From: Eutreptiella sp. 'Long Island Sound 2002'
Taxonomy: Eukaryota; Protista; Euglenida
Assembly (NCBI GenBank): GCA_964036045.1
Contig: OZ038378.1
Span: 146,134,001-146,198,000 of the forward strand
DNA: 64,000 bases
Reading direction: 5' to 3'
Position numbers and translations under genes: made by a program. Positions 36,836 through 47,168 of the stretch are shown here, one piece after another. The number at the start of each line of letters is the position of its first letter. The first letter of the stretch is position 1. Under the pieces are notes generated by a model. The model was not told the DNA's origin, made no database searches, and was given only the letters and a program-made list of their open reading frames with translations.

Positions 36836-37420
36836 CCGCTGGACCCCCACTACGTGGTTCGTATATATGTATGGTATATATTGTTGTTGAGCACTTCATG
36901 GTGCTGAAATTTCTTCTGGGGGGGCTGGGGCCACAGATTGCAGCGTGCTATGCACTTCCTGCACCACTTTCTGCCCTGCTGTGTGCCTTTGTTTCACAGG
37001 TAAACGTGCCGTGATTGTGGCCGTGTACCAATTGCAGTTGTATGTTACTTTCAAAATATCGACGGAGCTGAAAATTTTTCAAGGCGGCCAGGGGCCACCA
37101 CTTTCAGCTCTGATGTGCGGCTTTTTTTCACACAAGCCAGTGGCCACAACTTTCAGCCCTGTTGTGGGCCTGTGTTCAAGACCAGGGCCGACTCTGGCCC
37201 CTGTGGTATGTTAATTGCGCCCCTTTTTCTTTCTTTCATTTTTTCAAGCAGGCCAGAGGCCACGTCTTTCAGCCCTGTTATGGGCACGTACAAGAGCAGG
37301 GCAGTCCCGTCTGGCCCCTGCGGTATGTTCAGACCGCAAACAGTCCCTTTGAAAAAAGTATTGGCCTCTTGTGTGGTGCCTGTGTACTGCCTGTCTTTTG
37401 GTGTGCAGTGACTGGGAGGT

Positions 37421-37553
37421 AACTGAGAGCTCAGTGAGAGCTAACTGAGCGCTCACTTAGCTCACTGAGCGCTCACTGAGCCATTTGGCGCGCTCAGTGA
37501 GCGCTCACTGAGCGCTCAGTGAGCGCGCCAAACGGCTCAGTGGGCTCTCAGTC
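37421..37553. repeat. Internal array 2 of TIR-type units, between ORF2 and ORF3
   Basis: CACTGAGCGCTCACTGAGCCATTTGGCGCGCTCAGTGAG... Confidence 0.95.
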
Positions 37554-37762
37554 GGGTGGATGGAATTGTTGGCCGCCACAAACAGGTGGTTGTGGGCAGG
37601 GGGTGCAAGGGGGATGTGCCACCTACCACCAGGGACTGAAAACAGGTGTGTGCCAGGGCTGTGGGGGGGGGGGGGGGGCTGCAGCGCATATTACGGCATC
37701 AACCGGGCGGAGGGGGGCATCAAAGGGGGCAATGGGAGACGCTGCGGGGGGGGGGGGGGCAG

Positions 37763-37910
37763 GATGGGACAAACACCCTGGCGGCATCCTCGGGGGGGGG
37801 GGTATGACGGGACAAACACGCTGGCGGCATCCCCGGGGGGGGGGGGGGGCAAACACCCTGGCGGCATCCCCCCGGGAGGGGGGGGGGATGGGACAAACAC
37901 CCTGGTGCAA
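37763..37910. repeat. Four ~40-bp repeats (GACAAACACCCTGGCGGCATCC + poly-G) upstream of the transposase
   Basis: Direct reading. Confidence 0.85.
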
Positions 37911-38093
37911 CCCCACTACCCCAACCCGACGAAGAGTGTGAATCCTGCAGGGGCAAGGGGGGGGGAAGGCTAGGGACAACAATCAAGGGGAAACAGGTGG
38001 GGGGGATAGCAAAGAGATGTGAAAAGAGGTAAGTGTGCCGCAAGCACGGGGACTGCATGTGGCAATACACCTCTACCACAGGTCCTACACAAA

Positions 38094-39842
38094 ATGCCAC
38101 CTAAGCGTCCCTTTTCCTTGTTGGGAACACGGCGCCAGCGCGCAACCCGGATTGAGCATCTGGAGGCCGCGGTGGCGGCCTCCCTATGTGAGGAATATCG
38201 GGCCGAGCTGCAACCCGATGGTAGCATACTGCTAGTCCCTGAGGACTATAGCCGGCCCACGGACACCAATCCCGACATCAAGTCGGAGGCCTTGCGCGTG
38301 CTGTGGCGGATGCGTAGTTCACAGATGTCGCGCCGCGACATGGCCTACCTGCTGCCCGACCTGCACAGCACCGTTAGCTGGGCCGACGTGGCCCCGTGGC
38401 TGAAGCACCTCAGCCAACCTGCTACCCGGCGGGTTTGTATCCTTGAGGGGGAGTATGAGATGCAAGGGGCGTACTACAATATTGCTGAGCGGCTAGCCCT
38501 GCTCTATGAAGCGCGTGCCGTACGCACACCGGAAGCCTTGCAACCGGGCGCGCAGCGCAACACCTGGGTGACCATTGGCGTTGACGGCACCAACCGGTGG
38601 AATCGGGCCTACGTGCACTGTGCAGTGGCTGCACCGGGTTATGGGCCCACACAGCTTGCTAGCTGGTGGCTGTTCGAGGGTAGCGAGATGTGGGCCACGG
38701 TGTACAGCATGCAATTGGAGTGTGACTTCGATACGCAGCTCCGCGCTGCTACGGCCCTGCAACTGCCGCATGCGGATGGGGTGGCGCGCAGCCCCCTATT
38801 CTTCGTCCGGGCCGATGGCAAGGCCCACATCATGCTGGCCGGCGGGGACGGCTTCACCAAGAAGAGCCCCGGGGCCATGGTGTGCCACTGCTGCGGGGCA
38901 AACCGTGAAACGGTTTTGCGCAAGTTCGGGGGACAAGAGGTTGCCCTGGAAGGAATCAAGGGACATGTACGGCTGACCGGGGTGTTTCGTGACATCCCGG
39001 CGGACCGCCGCATTCTTGACTTCGGTGCGCATGGAGTCATGCGTGTTGCCATTGCGGGGGTCAATGGAATTGTGCGGGGGCTGGTGACCCATGGAGGGGT
39101 ATCGAGGAAGAGTGCGGCCACCATGGTGCAAGGGGTTGTAAACGGGGCACGGAAAGTGGCCCGCACGGTGCGGCCTGGAAAGTGGGGGGCGGACAAGGCA
39201 AATGCCAAAGGACAAGTGCGCATGGAGTTGGGGGCTGCTGCGCACTTTGTCAAGGCCCGGCTGTGGGGCCCACTGTTGCAGCTGGTTGCACCGGTGATTG
39301 GGAACCATCAAGTGGGGGGCAGGCCATGGGTTGATGTGTGCACGGAGTGGTGGGAGGCGTTTGCGGCCATGGCCGAGGTGGCCTGGAAGGACGACTTTCT
39401 GAGTGGTGCAGAGCAACGTGCCTTGCTGCAACGCCAACGGACCATGGGGGCAAGGCACCTTGACCTGGGATGGGGGAAGACCTTGTGGACGCACATGTGG
39501 GTTGACCACATGTATGCGTATGTTGCACGGTGGGGGACCATTGCAAGGTTTAGTTGCTTTGCATTGGAGGGCAGCCATGTGCGACTGAAACGGTTGCTTA
39601 GGAATAGTGGGGGGGTTAGCTTGCTGAACGATAGGTCCGGCTTGCAGTGTGTGGTGGATAACCACACACTAGATGATAACCTCCGCAAGGAAGGTTGGGA
39701 GGTGGAGAGTAGGGCCGTGACCAAGCAAAGGGGGTTCCAACGACGGTGCATGACTTGGTCATGTGCCCGGCGGGAGAGGAAGGGGAGAGAGAACATGGTG
39801 AGGAGGATTGTGGAACGTGCATTGCGACAAAGGACCAAGTAA
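38094..39842 (+). CDS. ORF3: intact RAG1/Transib/CMC-clade DDE transposase (582 aa)
   Basis: VTIGVDG (D, 38583), FFVRADGK (D, 38814), CHCC, RILDFGAH, THMWVDH and FSCFALEGSH (E, 39567). Same order as RAG1 D600, D708, CxxC, H795, H937/H942 and E962. Confidence 0.85.
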   Translation: MPPKRPFSLLGTRRQRATRIEHLEAAVAASLCEEYRAELQPDGSILLVPEDYSRPTDTNPDIKSEALRVLWRMRSSQMSRRDMAYLLPDLHSTVSWADVAPWLKHLSQPATRRVCILEGEYEMQGAYYNIAERLALLYEARAVRTPEALQPGAQRNTWVTIGVDGTNRWNRAYVHCAVAAPGYGPTQLASWWLFEGSEMWATVYSMQLECDFDTQLRAATALQLPHADGVARSPLFFVRADGKAHIMLAGGDGFTKKSPGAMVCHCCGANRETVLRKFGGQEVALEGIKGHVRLTGVFRDIPADRRILDFGAHGVMRVAIAGVNGIVRGLVTHGGVSRKSAATMVQGVVNGARKVARTVRPGKWGADKANAKGQVRMELGAAAHFVKARLWGPLLQLVAPVIGNHQVGGRPWVDVCTEWWEAFAAMAEVAWKDDFLSGAEQRALLQRQRTMGARHLDLGWGKTLWTHMWVDHMYAYVARWGTIARFSCFALEGSHVRLKRLLRNSGGVSLLNDRSGLQCVVDNHTLDDNLRKEGWEVESRAVTKQRGFQRRCMTWSCARRERKGRENMVRRIVERALRQRTK

Positions 39843-39886
39843 GTGCTTATGATGGATGATTTGTGCCCGTGCATGTTAAGTGAGCC

Positions 39887-40070
39887 CTGAGTGAGCCCCC
39901 AATTAGCTCTCACTGAGCGCTCACTGAGCGCTCACTGAGCCATTTGGCGCGCTCACTGAGCGCTCAGTGAGCCCTCAGTGAGCGCCCAGTGAGCCGGCTC
40001 AGTGACGGCTCAGTGACGGCTCAGTCGGGGTGCTCGGTCAACTGAGCCGTCGAAAAAAAGAAACCCCCCC
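39887..40070 (-). repeat. Right TIR (~184 bp)
   Basis: Reverse complement of the left TIR; the outer end reads CACC-G7 on the minus strand from 40074. Confidence 0.95.
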
Positions 40071-40984
40071 GGTGAAATCCTCTTGGCCTAGGGATTGGTA
40101 TCCCTTTGGGGACATTCCAAAACCCCAACCCACCCCCGAAAGCCACAAGTTTTCATATGAAACCCCTTGAAAAACACCACTTAGCCCCAAATGAGCCGTT
40201 TTAGCCCCAAATGAGCCCCAACTTCACAGTTCCAAGTGAGCCGCAGGTACAAAGGTAAGAGGACAGCTGCAGGAGGACAGCAGGGCCAAAAGAAAAAAAC
40301 GAACCAAAGGAAAGGACGCTCAGTATGAGCGACAGGATTGATCCGAGCCACAGACATTCTGGATGACTGCCCAGCGCCCCCAGCACGCAGACGAAATTCG
40401 ACCTCAAACGCAGGAGAAACAAAAAAAGCAGGCCACTAGACGCATCAGGGATGAAGTAACCACTTGCAAGAGCTACACTGAAGTTCTAAAATTTGACGGG
40501 AACAACACATAGTGTTGCTCGCACAAGGACATTGTTGTTGGCGCGAGCCAAAAGCAGTGACTGTTGGTCCTGAATGCACTAGTCGTCAAATGATTCCCCA
40601 ACCTCCACCTCCAGAGCACAAGAAGGGATAAACATGGGTGGCAGCACAGGAATCAGTATCCCTAAAATACCATCCCCAGCCCCAAAGGACAGAAACAACT
40701 TGATATTAAAAGGAACCGCCAAATTCAACGGTTCCAAAAGTTGCAGAAACATTACCTATTGTTGCTCTGACAGGGGGGAGGGGGGTAGTGTTCAATCTGT
40801 GCAAACGGAAGCCCCAGGACATGTTGGCGATGGATACCAAGCGATGGGCATGGGCTGCCCGCTGTGCAGCTGCGGCAAGTGGTGTTCCTCTTTGTAGGAT
40901 CTTGTTTTGACCGGCGCTTGTGGGCATACATTCGGATGCGCCAGCGATGCCTCGAGGAAAGTGTAGCTCGATTGCAGAAAAAAG

Positions 40985-41160
40985 CTTAAGTTGCTTTTTT
41001 TTTGGCGTAAGTCGCATAACTTTTTTTTGGCATAGTCGTGTTTTTTGTTTCCGACCAAAACTTTTTTTTTGTTGGGTAGGTTGCGTAACCTTTTTTTGTG
41101 GCGTACGTCCCGTTGGAAAAAAAAACCTTTTTCAGAAAAAAAAGAGAAAAAAAGAAGATT
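40985..41160. repeat. TTTTTTGGCGTAAGTCGC-type dispersed repeat; related copies at 42750-43060 and 60305-60520
   Basis: Shared GGCGTAAGTCGC/GGTCGCGT motifs between poly-T/A runs. Confidence 0.7.
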
Positions 41161-44100
41161 ACCCGGAGAAAACACAAGAATCACACAACAACAACCATTG
41201 CTACTAGAGGAGGTGAAGCATATAGCCCCCATGGACATTTTGGGTACCTCCGGCAAGGGTAAAGCAATGTAGCCGTGGCGTGGAGGGTGGTTTTTATACT
41301 CATCGCCTGCGGATGGCCCAAAGAAAGAAATCATGTTGGAGCACACCCACTCATATCAGGTACTCATCATGATTGCAAACAAAAAATGCAATTTGCCCTT
41401 CGGCCTTTGGCAAGCAACTATATTTTGCTATTGGTGCCACCAGCTGCCAAGCTAAAGCCAACGATACCACTTGAGTTCGGTCACCTCGGGCCAACTACAT
41501 TCTTTGCGTGCGACCATAATGGCGTGGAGCCAACTACAAGACATCGGCGGACACACGCTTGGAAATCAAATTAGACGTTGTGTCTCATGACTTCGGCTTT
41601 GCACGCGGAGTGCCAGACTGCGCACAAGCGTCACGGATATCCTTCACACGGTACTTTTCTAGCTCTTCACTAAATTGTTGGTCGTTCACCAACCGATCCT
41701 CTAAGCCCTTTGAGTATGCCTCGGGGACCTTGAATCGCTTCCCACGAATGAGCACCTATGGACGGGCGTCTCACCTCTGGGAGGGTTAGAAGATTCGAAG
41801 CACTACGGGTTGTTGGGTGGACGTCAACATTGCCCTTCACTTACGGCCCATTAGGGGACACATCCCAGGAGTTGAAGGCTGGGGAGGCAGGAGATTCCTC
41901 AAATTTTGGCTCCAAGGAGGAGGAAGCATATTGCCCTTGAGTTGCGAAAGAGGATCCTCTTCATCAAAAAGGAGGGAGCAAGTAGAGGGGAGCGGGGACT
42001 CAGAGTTGGTGGATAGGGCAAGAGGAGATTCTACAGGCTTCTAGCAACTCACGTCATCCTCCCATCCATTGTCTAGGATGGTGCTGGGGACTCAGATGGA
42101 GCGATCCGCATTGATGATGCGCAATGCTTCCTCGATGAATCCTTTCAGAAAGGCGCCAGGATAACATCAATGTCCTCGAGGCTTCCCTAATTGCCAACCA
42201 ACTCCTCACAAAGATGCAACGATTCAAAGCCACATGACCAACCATCCTTTTGAAACCCCAAAGCCCGAGCATGTGTGGAAACACCATTCAACATTTGTGG
42301 GCACCGGCAAGCGCGTTGCCTGTGGTCATAGCAACTCTAGGTGGTGAGGTGGTGGTCGCGGACAGTACATCACCTCTCCCCGCTTACACCACATGTGCAA
42401 CACACAAGCCTTGGCCCAATTGCAATTTTTGAGCCGGAAGCTAAAACGACCAAAAGAGCCAATCAAGAGCCCCAACGCTTCAGAGCGGGGGACAAAATCA
42501 GAAGTGGCCTACAAGTGGGCAGATTGGCTACACAACCCAGGGGTCCCCAACATTGTAGAGCGGGGGACAAAATCAGAAGTGGCCCGCTACTGGATAGCTT
42601 GGCTACATATCCCCTGCCGTCGGGGGGGTCCCCAACGCTTCAGGGCGGGGGACTAAGTCAGTAGTGGCCCACAAAATGGCAAACCGGCTACATAACTTGT
42701 GCCTTCTGGGGCGGTCCCCAACACTTCACAACGGGGGAGAGTTTTTTGCTTTTTTGGCGTAAGTCGCGTATTTTTTTAAAGCATAAATCGTGTATTTTTT
42801 TTAAAAGCGTAGGTGGTATTTTTTTTTGGCGTAGGTCACGTAACTAAATAGCGTAAGTTGCGCAGTTTTTTGTTTAAAAAGTGTAATTCGCATATTTTTT
42901 AAACAAGCGTTAGTGGCGTGATTTTTTTTAGGCGTGGTCACGTCACAAAAAAAGTGTGAGTCAGATGTCATACATTTTGAAGTTTTTTTTTTCCACACTC
43001 AACTTACGCCAAAAGAAATAAACAGCTTGCGCCAAAAAAGGCAAAACAAGCGACTTGCGCGCGCCTAACACGCGATGCCTCATGCCCAAGGTGGTTGTTT
43101 GCCACTCCAACTGTTTGTCCAGTGGTTTTGGGTGGGGCCTTGGGTTTCCTCATCAAGTGGCTTGAACACCAAGACGCCCTGTGCCAAACGGAAACCCTTC
43201 GGTGGGTTGCCGTTGGGGCCATGCGGTCCGGTTTGAGGGCACCAGCATGGCCCCGGCCTTGTGCCAAACTGACTCCGAGCGGGGGGCTGGGGGGAGGTTA
43301 CGCAGATTACGGGCTAGAGGGGCAGCAAGAGGAGAGCGCCGAGGAAAGGTGTGGGCAATACGATCCCCCCGATTGTGACAGGGCGCAGGGGCAGTCTTCC
43401 GTCGCAGATCTGGTCCAGGCACTCGAGGTCAAGAAGACGAGCTGGTCAAGGCTTTTAGTGTCGTTGCGGGGGCAAAACCTCTGCCGGATGGCAGATGTTG
43501 AGCAACAGGACGGAAAAGCGGCTCGCAGTACCCTCCCCGCCGCATGTCCACTCCCCCCCCCCGGGAAGATGCGCCCCCCCACCCACCCCCCTGTGGACGG
43601 TTGCCTGGTGACACCCCCCCACCCCACCCCTTGGGGCACCGTGCGACGCTCATGAGTGATGCGGCGATATGTATCACCACGCTCTGAATAGCCAACAACC
43701 TACGCAAGACGAGGTGCCTCTGTAGAGCGGATGTATATCACGCTCATCCCAGGGGTAAACATCATTGTGCTATCAGGTTCCATCTCCGAGAAGGTGATTC
43801 AAAGTGTCCTGTCAAAGTACAGGGGATACAAGTAGCAGTGCCTCATAACACGCTGACCCGCGACAACACACTGACAAAATTTCGGGGTTGACCAAGTGAC
43901 GGTCCCCCCCACCCCCTGGGGAAGGACAGGGGGGGGGGAGGACAGGGGGGGGGGGGGGTACGTCGAACCTGGGTACTTCTCCGTCGGCGGTGGACAGCAG
44001 TGCAGGTAGGGAACAGAGCACAGGGGTCAAGGGGACTGGACCTGCATAGGTTTGGAAGCAAACAAAGTGAAACAGGACAAGTGTGGGACCAGTGTTGAAA

Positions 44101-45400
44101 TGAGAGGACACTGGGGTACATGTTCAATGGTTTGGGCCCACATTTGGCCAACATTCACACGGCCTGTGCTTGTGCAAAGGTGAGGCAGTGCACCAGGCAG
44201 CACGGGAGGAGCACGTCCCTGTCCATCCTATTCCTGACTCTTTTCAGCGCCACGTGGTGAAGACGGTTCATCAACTCAAAATCACTCGGACCAATCAACA
44301 CCGGATGGCCCACTCCAATGCACGTCAATCCTGACAACGGCAGGCGGGTACACACCCAGCACTTGAATGCCCCGCAATGCGGTGTTCAATCAAGGCCGGT
44401 TGGTGGCCATGCAGCAGTGACCAGTGCCACGTCCTCTGTGTCCCCCGCTTTGCTGGTTGAGCTCAGTTCTGGGGGCAGTTCTGGGGGCGGGGCATGTGTC
44501 AGTGGGGGGGGGGGGGGGGAGGCGCATGCAGTGGAACACCTCCTGCGCACAACGGCTGCATTCCGCCCCCGTGGTGCCCACTCCCCTGCCAGGGCTGACA
44601 GACTCCTTGTAGACCTCGATGGCCGGAGAGTGCCTCCCACCACTGATGCATAATGCCGGAGATTTCCGGAGTGCCAAGTGCTATGGTGCGATGTGGATGG
44701 CATTCCGTAAACCCAAATATCTCCAAAGACCCTGAGCACGGTCGAGACAGCTTGTGAAGACCATGATGCCCCACGCGCTGCCTGTTTGTGTCCTTTGCCA
44801 GATCCCACTAAAGCGTTCATTGTAGGAGTGAAAATGCAAAACAGGTTTTCCCTCAAACGCTCTCGGACTGTTTGGGTCACCAAAATGAGACTTTTTGAAC
44901 CCTGAGAACCCAATGTTGACGGTATGCCTCCCTCGAAAAACCCCAGAGTGGCCTGAAAGGGCGCCAGGCACGCTACGCACTGTGGGAGCCGTCCATGGCA
45001 GAGGTCAGACACAAGGGGTCACCCGGGGCTCAGAACATGTGCAGTAAAGAATCTGTTCCAAAAGTCACAGGGGTTACACATCAGTGCGTCGGGCAACAGT
45101 TGGGACGTGGGGAGCGAGGCCCGATGGCCTCGGGGGCTCAAAGTGGTCAGGTTGCAACGTCCGCATTGGGGTCAGGCCACGCCGGCCGCACCACGGCGCA
45201 CACCGGCGACTGTTGATCCAACACAAGTGCACCCACAGTCCACCACACGCTTGACTTGTGCCTTCGAGCCCGGCCCTCCACCTCTGGCCCACGGTTGTCT
45301 GTGAAGGGGTCGGTCACGGAGTAGTACAGAGGAGGGGCGGATCCGGGGACCCCCAACAGGGCGCCGTCCCCGCAGATCAAGTGCAGGAGCCCGTGCACTG

Positions 45401-45627
45401 TCATGCGTCCTCGGGCTCGTCCTCGTGGTACTCCTCCCCGCGCTCGGCCAAGTCCTCTCGGGTCAAGAAGAAGGAGGACTTCTTCTTGCCCACGCTGGTG
45501 GGCTTGTAGCGGTCCTGGGGGATGCCCAGGTGCTGCGACGGAGGGGCCGCGGGGGCCTGCGACGTGTCGTACGCGTAGTACGTGCCCGTGGCGACGCGGC
45601 CCCAGTTCGGATCCTTGTTGGACGGTG
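45401..45627 (-). CDS. Terminal exon of a small 3-exon gene (APSNKDPNWGRVATGTYYAYD...EEYHEDEPEDA*)
   Basis: CACAG acceptor, strong GC3 bias, TGA at 45403-45401. Confidence 0.8.
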
Positions 45628-45648
45628 CTGTGCGGGGGCAGACCAGGG

Positions 45649-45785
45649 ATGTGTTGGGAGGGGGGTGTGACCTAATTAAAAAACAGACAAATGCAAACCA
45701 GAGGTAATGCATGTGTTGGGAGGGGGGTGTGACCTAATTAAAAAACAGACAAATGCAAACCAGAGGTAATGCATGTGTTGGGAGG
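45649..45785. repeat. Exact 62-bp tandem duplication (x2.2) inside the intron
   Basis: ATGTGTTGGGAGGGGGGTGTGACC...GGTAATGC repeated. Confidence 0.9.
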
Positions 45786-45789
45786 GGGG

Positions 45790-45990
45790 GGGGGATACCC
45801 CACCCCCCTTCCAGGGCGCCCAGCCTATGCCTAGCCACTGTCCCCCTGACGCCAAGTGCCAGCTTCAACGGCATTTGTAACCGACAGTAACCGCCCCTAA
45901 CCGCTTTGCCATCTCCTCCAAGCGCCCATCTAACCGCCTCTGGGGCCACCTCTGAGGTCCCTTCCCTTCTAATGCATCCCTGGGGCAGAC
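45790..45990 (-). mobile_element. SINE-like dispersed repeat; related copy at ~58770-58940
   Basis: Shared CGCATTT..AACCG.CAG.AACCGCCCC core. Confidence 0.55.
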
Positions 45991-46414
45991 AGGGTGGGTG
46001 GCAGGCCGTCCGCACCGGGGCACGATGGGGGCGGCCGAACCCTCAAACGTGCAGTAGGATGCTTCCGCTTCGATGAACTTGGTCACGTTTTGCGGAGGCG
46101 TACCTCCAGACGGTGTGTTGGTGTGGGGCAGTGCGTAAGTGGGCAGAGGCCGCATTGGGGAGGGCAACCAGCAGGACCAGGTGCACTCTTGGGGGTATCC
46201 GTGGTGGGTAACTTGGGCTCTGCAGCAAATCCAGATCCGAGCCCTTGCCTTCGGTGGGGCCTCCTTGGGATTGAGGTCAGGTACCTTCTCTCTCACAGCC
46301 CTCCGGTGCTGTGTGGCAGTGGGGGGGTACTTCAGAGGGCATTGGCGTGGGTGCCAACAATGGGTTGGAAGGTTCTGAGGTCCCTGACACCCCCGAGGGA
46401 CATGGCCTCCTCAC

Positions 46415-46488
46415 CTGTCTGACCCCAGTACTCCTGTCCAAAGCGGGGTCTATGCCCGTACGCCCGTACACGTGGTGCGGTGCGAATC
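46415..46488 (-). CDS. Middle exon (IRTAPRVRAYGHRPRFGQEYWGQT)
   Basis: CCGCAG acceptor and G|GTGAGG donor. 74 nt, phase 2/1, joins the terminal exon in frame. Confidence 0.6.
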
Positions 46489-46980
46489 CTGCGGTTGGGA
46501 GGAGGAGCATTGCTGGACCTCCAAAGGCAGCAACCCCCATTTGTTTGCCAATACCCAAAGGGGGTTCTCCCCCACTGTGCCAGGGGGCAGGTAGAGGGCA
46601 GGGGTCCACAGGCACAGCGGTGTGCCCAGATGTGTTCATATACCAGCAGACCACCGCCCTGTGAGAGGCACCCCCACCATCGCGGTGTGCACAGGGGCCC
46701 CTCCCCCAGCCCCACCCCCCAAATGGCGCAGCTGCACATCCGCCCCTTACAGCAAGGAACGCTTTTTAGTAGCCACAACAAACACGGTCAGAGGTGCACC
46801 AAACCTCAGGTACACACATTGATCAGTCTGTTAGCCAAGCACACAACATCTTCCGATCATTCCGACTGCAAAAAGTATGGTCAGAAGAAACACAAAAAGA
46901 CGGGGGCCATGGGCCCTGGCAAGGGCAGGTCTGTACAAGTGGGGAAGCGATCCCTTGAGTGGGGTTGGGTCCCAAATCAC

Positions 46981-47168
46981 CTCCCCACCCTCCCAATAAT
47001 GGCCTGATTGGCGTAGAGAACGAGGGAACGGGAGTATGCACACAGCAGACCATTGATATCCGGAGCGAGTGCATTGGTAGAGGCATCTGGGCCAACGATC
47101 ACTGTTGACACCCCCGAGTCCTCATTCGTGACCACCAGGCCCATATCTGTAGATCCAGCATCAGCCAT
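46981..47168 (-). CDS. Putative first exon (MADAGSTDMGLVVTNEDSG...); full CDS would be 162 aa
   Basis: ATG preceded by a CTGTCTTTTCCAG acceptor; AG|GTGATT donor in phase 2. The three exons total 489 nt. Confidence 0.45.

Larger units (their letters stand above)
32406..40074 (+). mobile_element. ~7.7 kb three-gene TIR DNA transposon with a RAG1/Transib(CMC)-like transposase
   Basis: Long TIRs at 32409-32582 and 39887-40070, three co-oriented ORFs, DDE transposase motifs. No clean TSD found. Confidence 0.9.

Noticed and set aside
32386-40085. Target-site duplication for the RAG1-like element
   Set aside because: Tested 2-9 bp around the plausible ends. The best was GGTTCAA vs GGTGAAA (5/7), which is not convincing.
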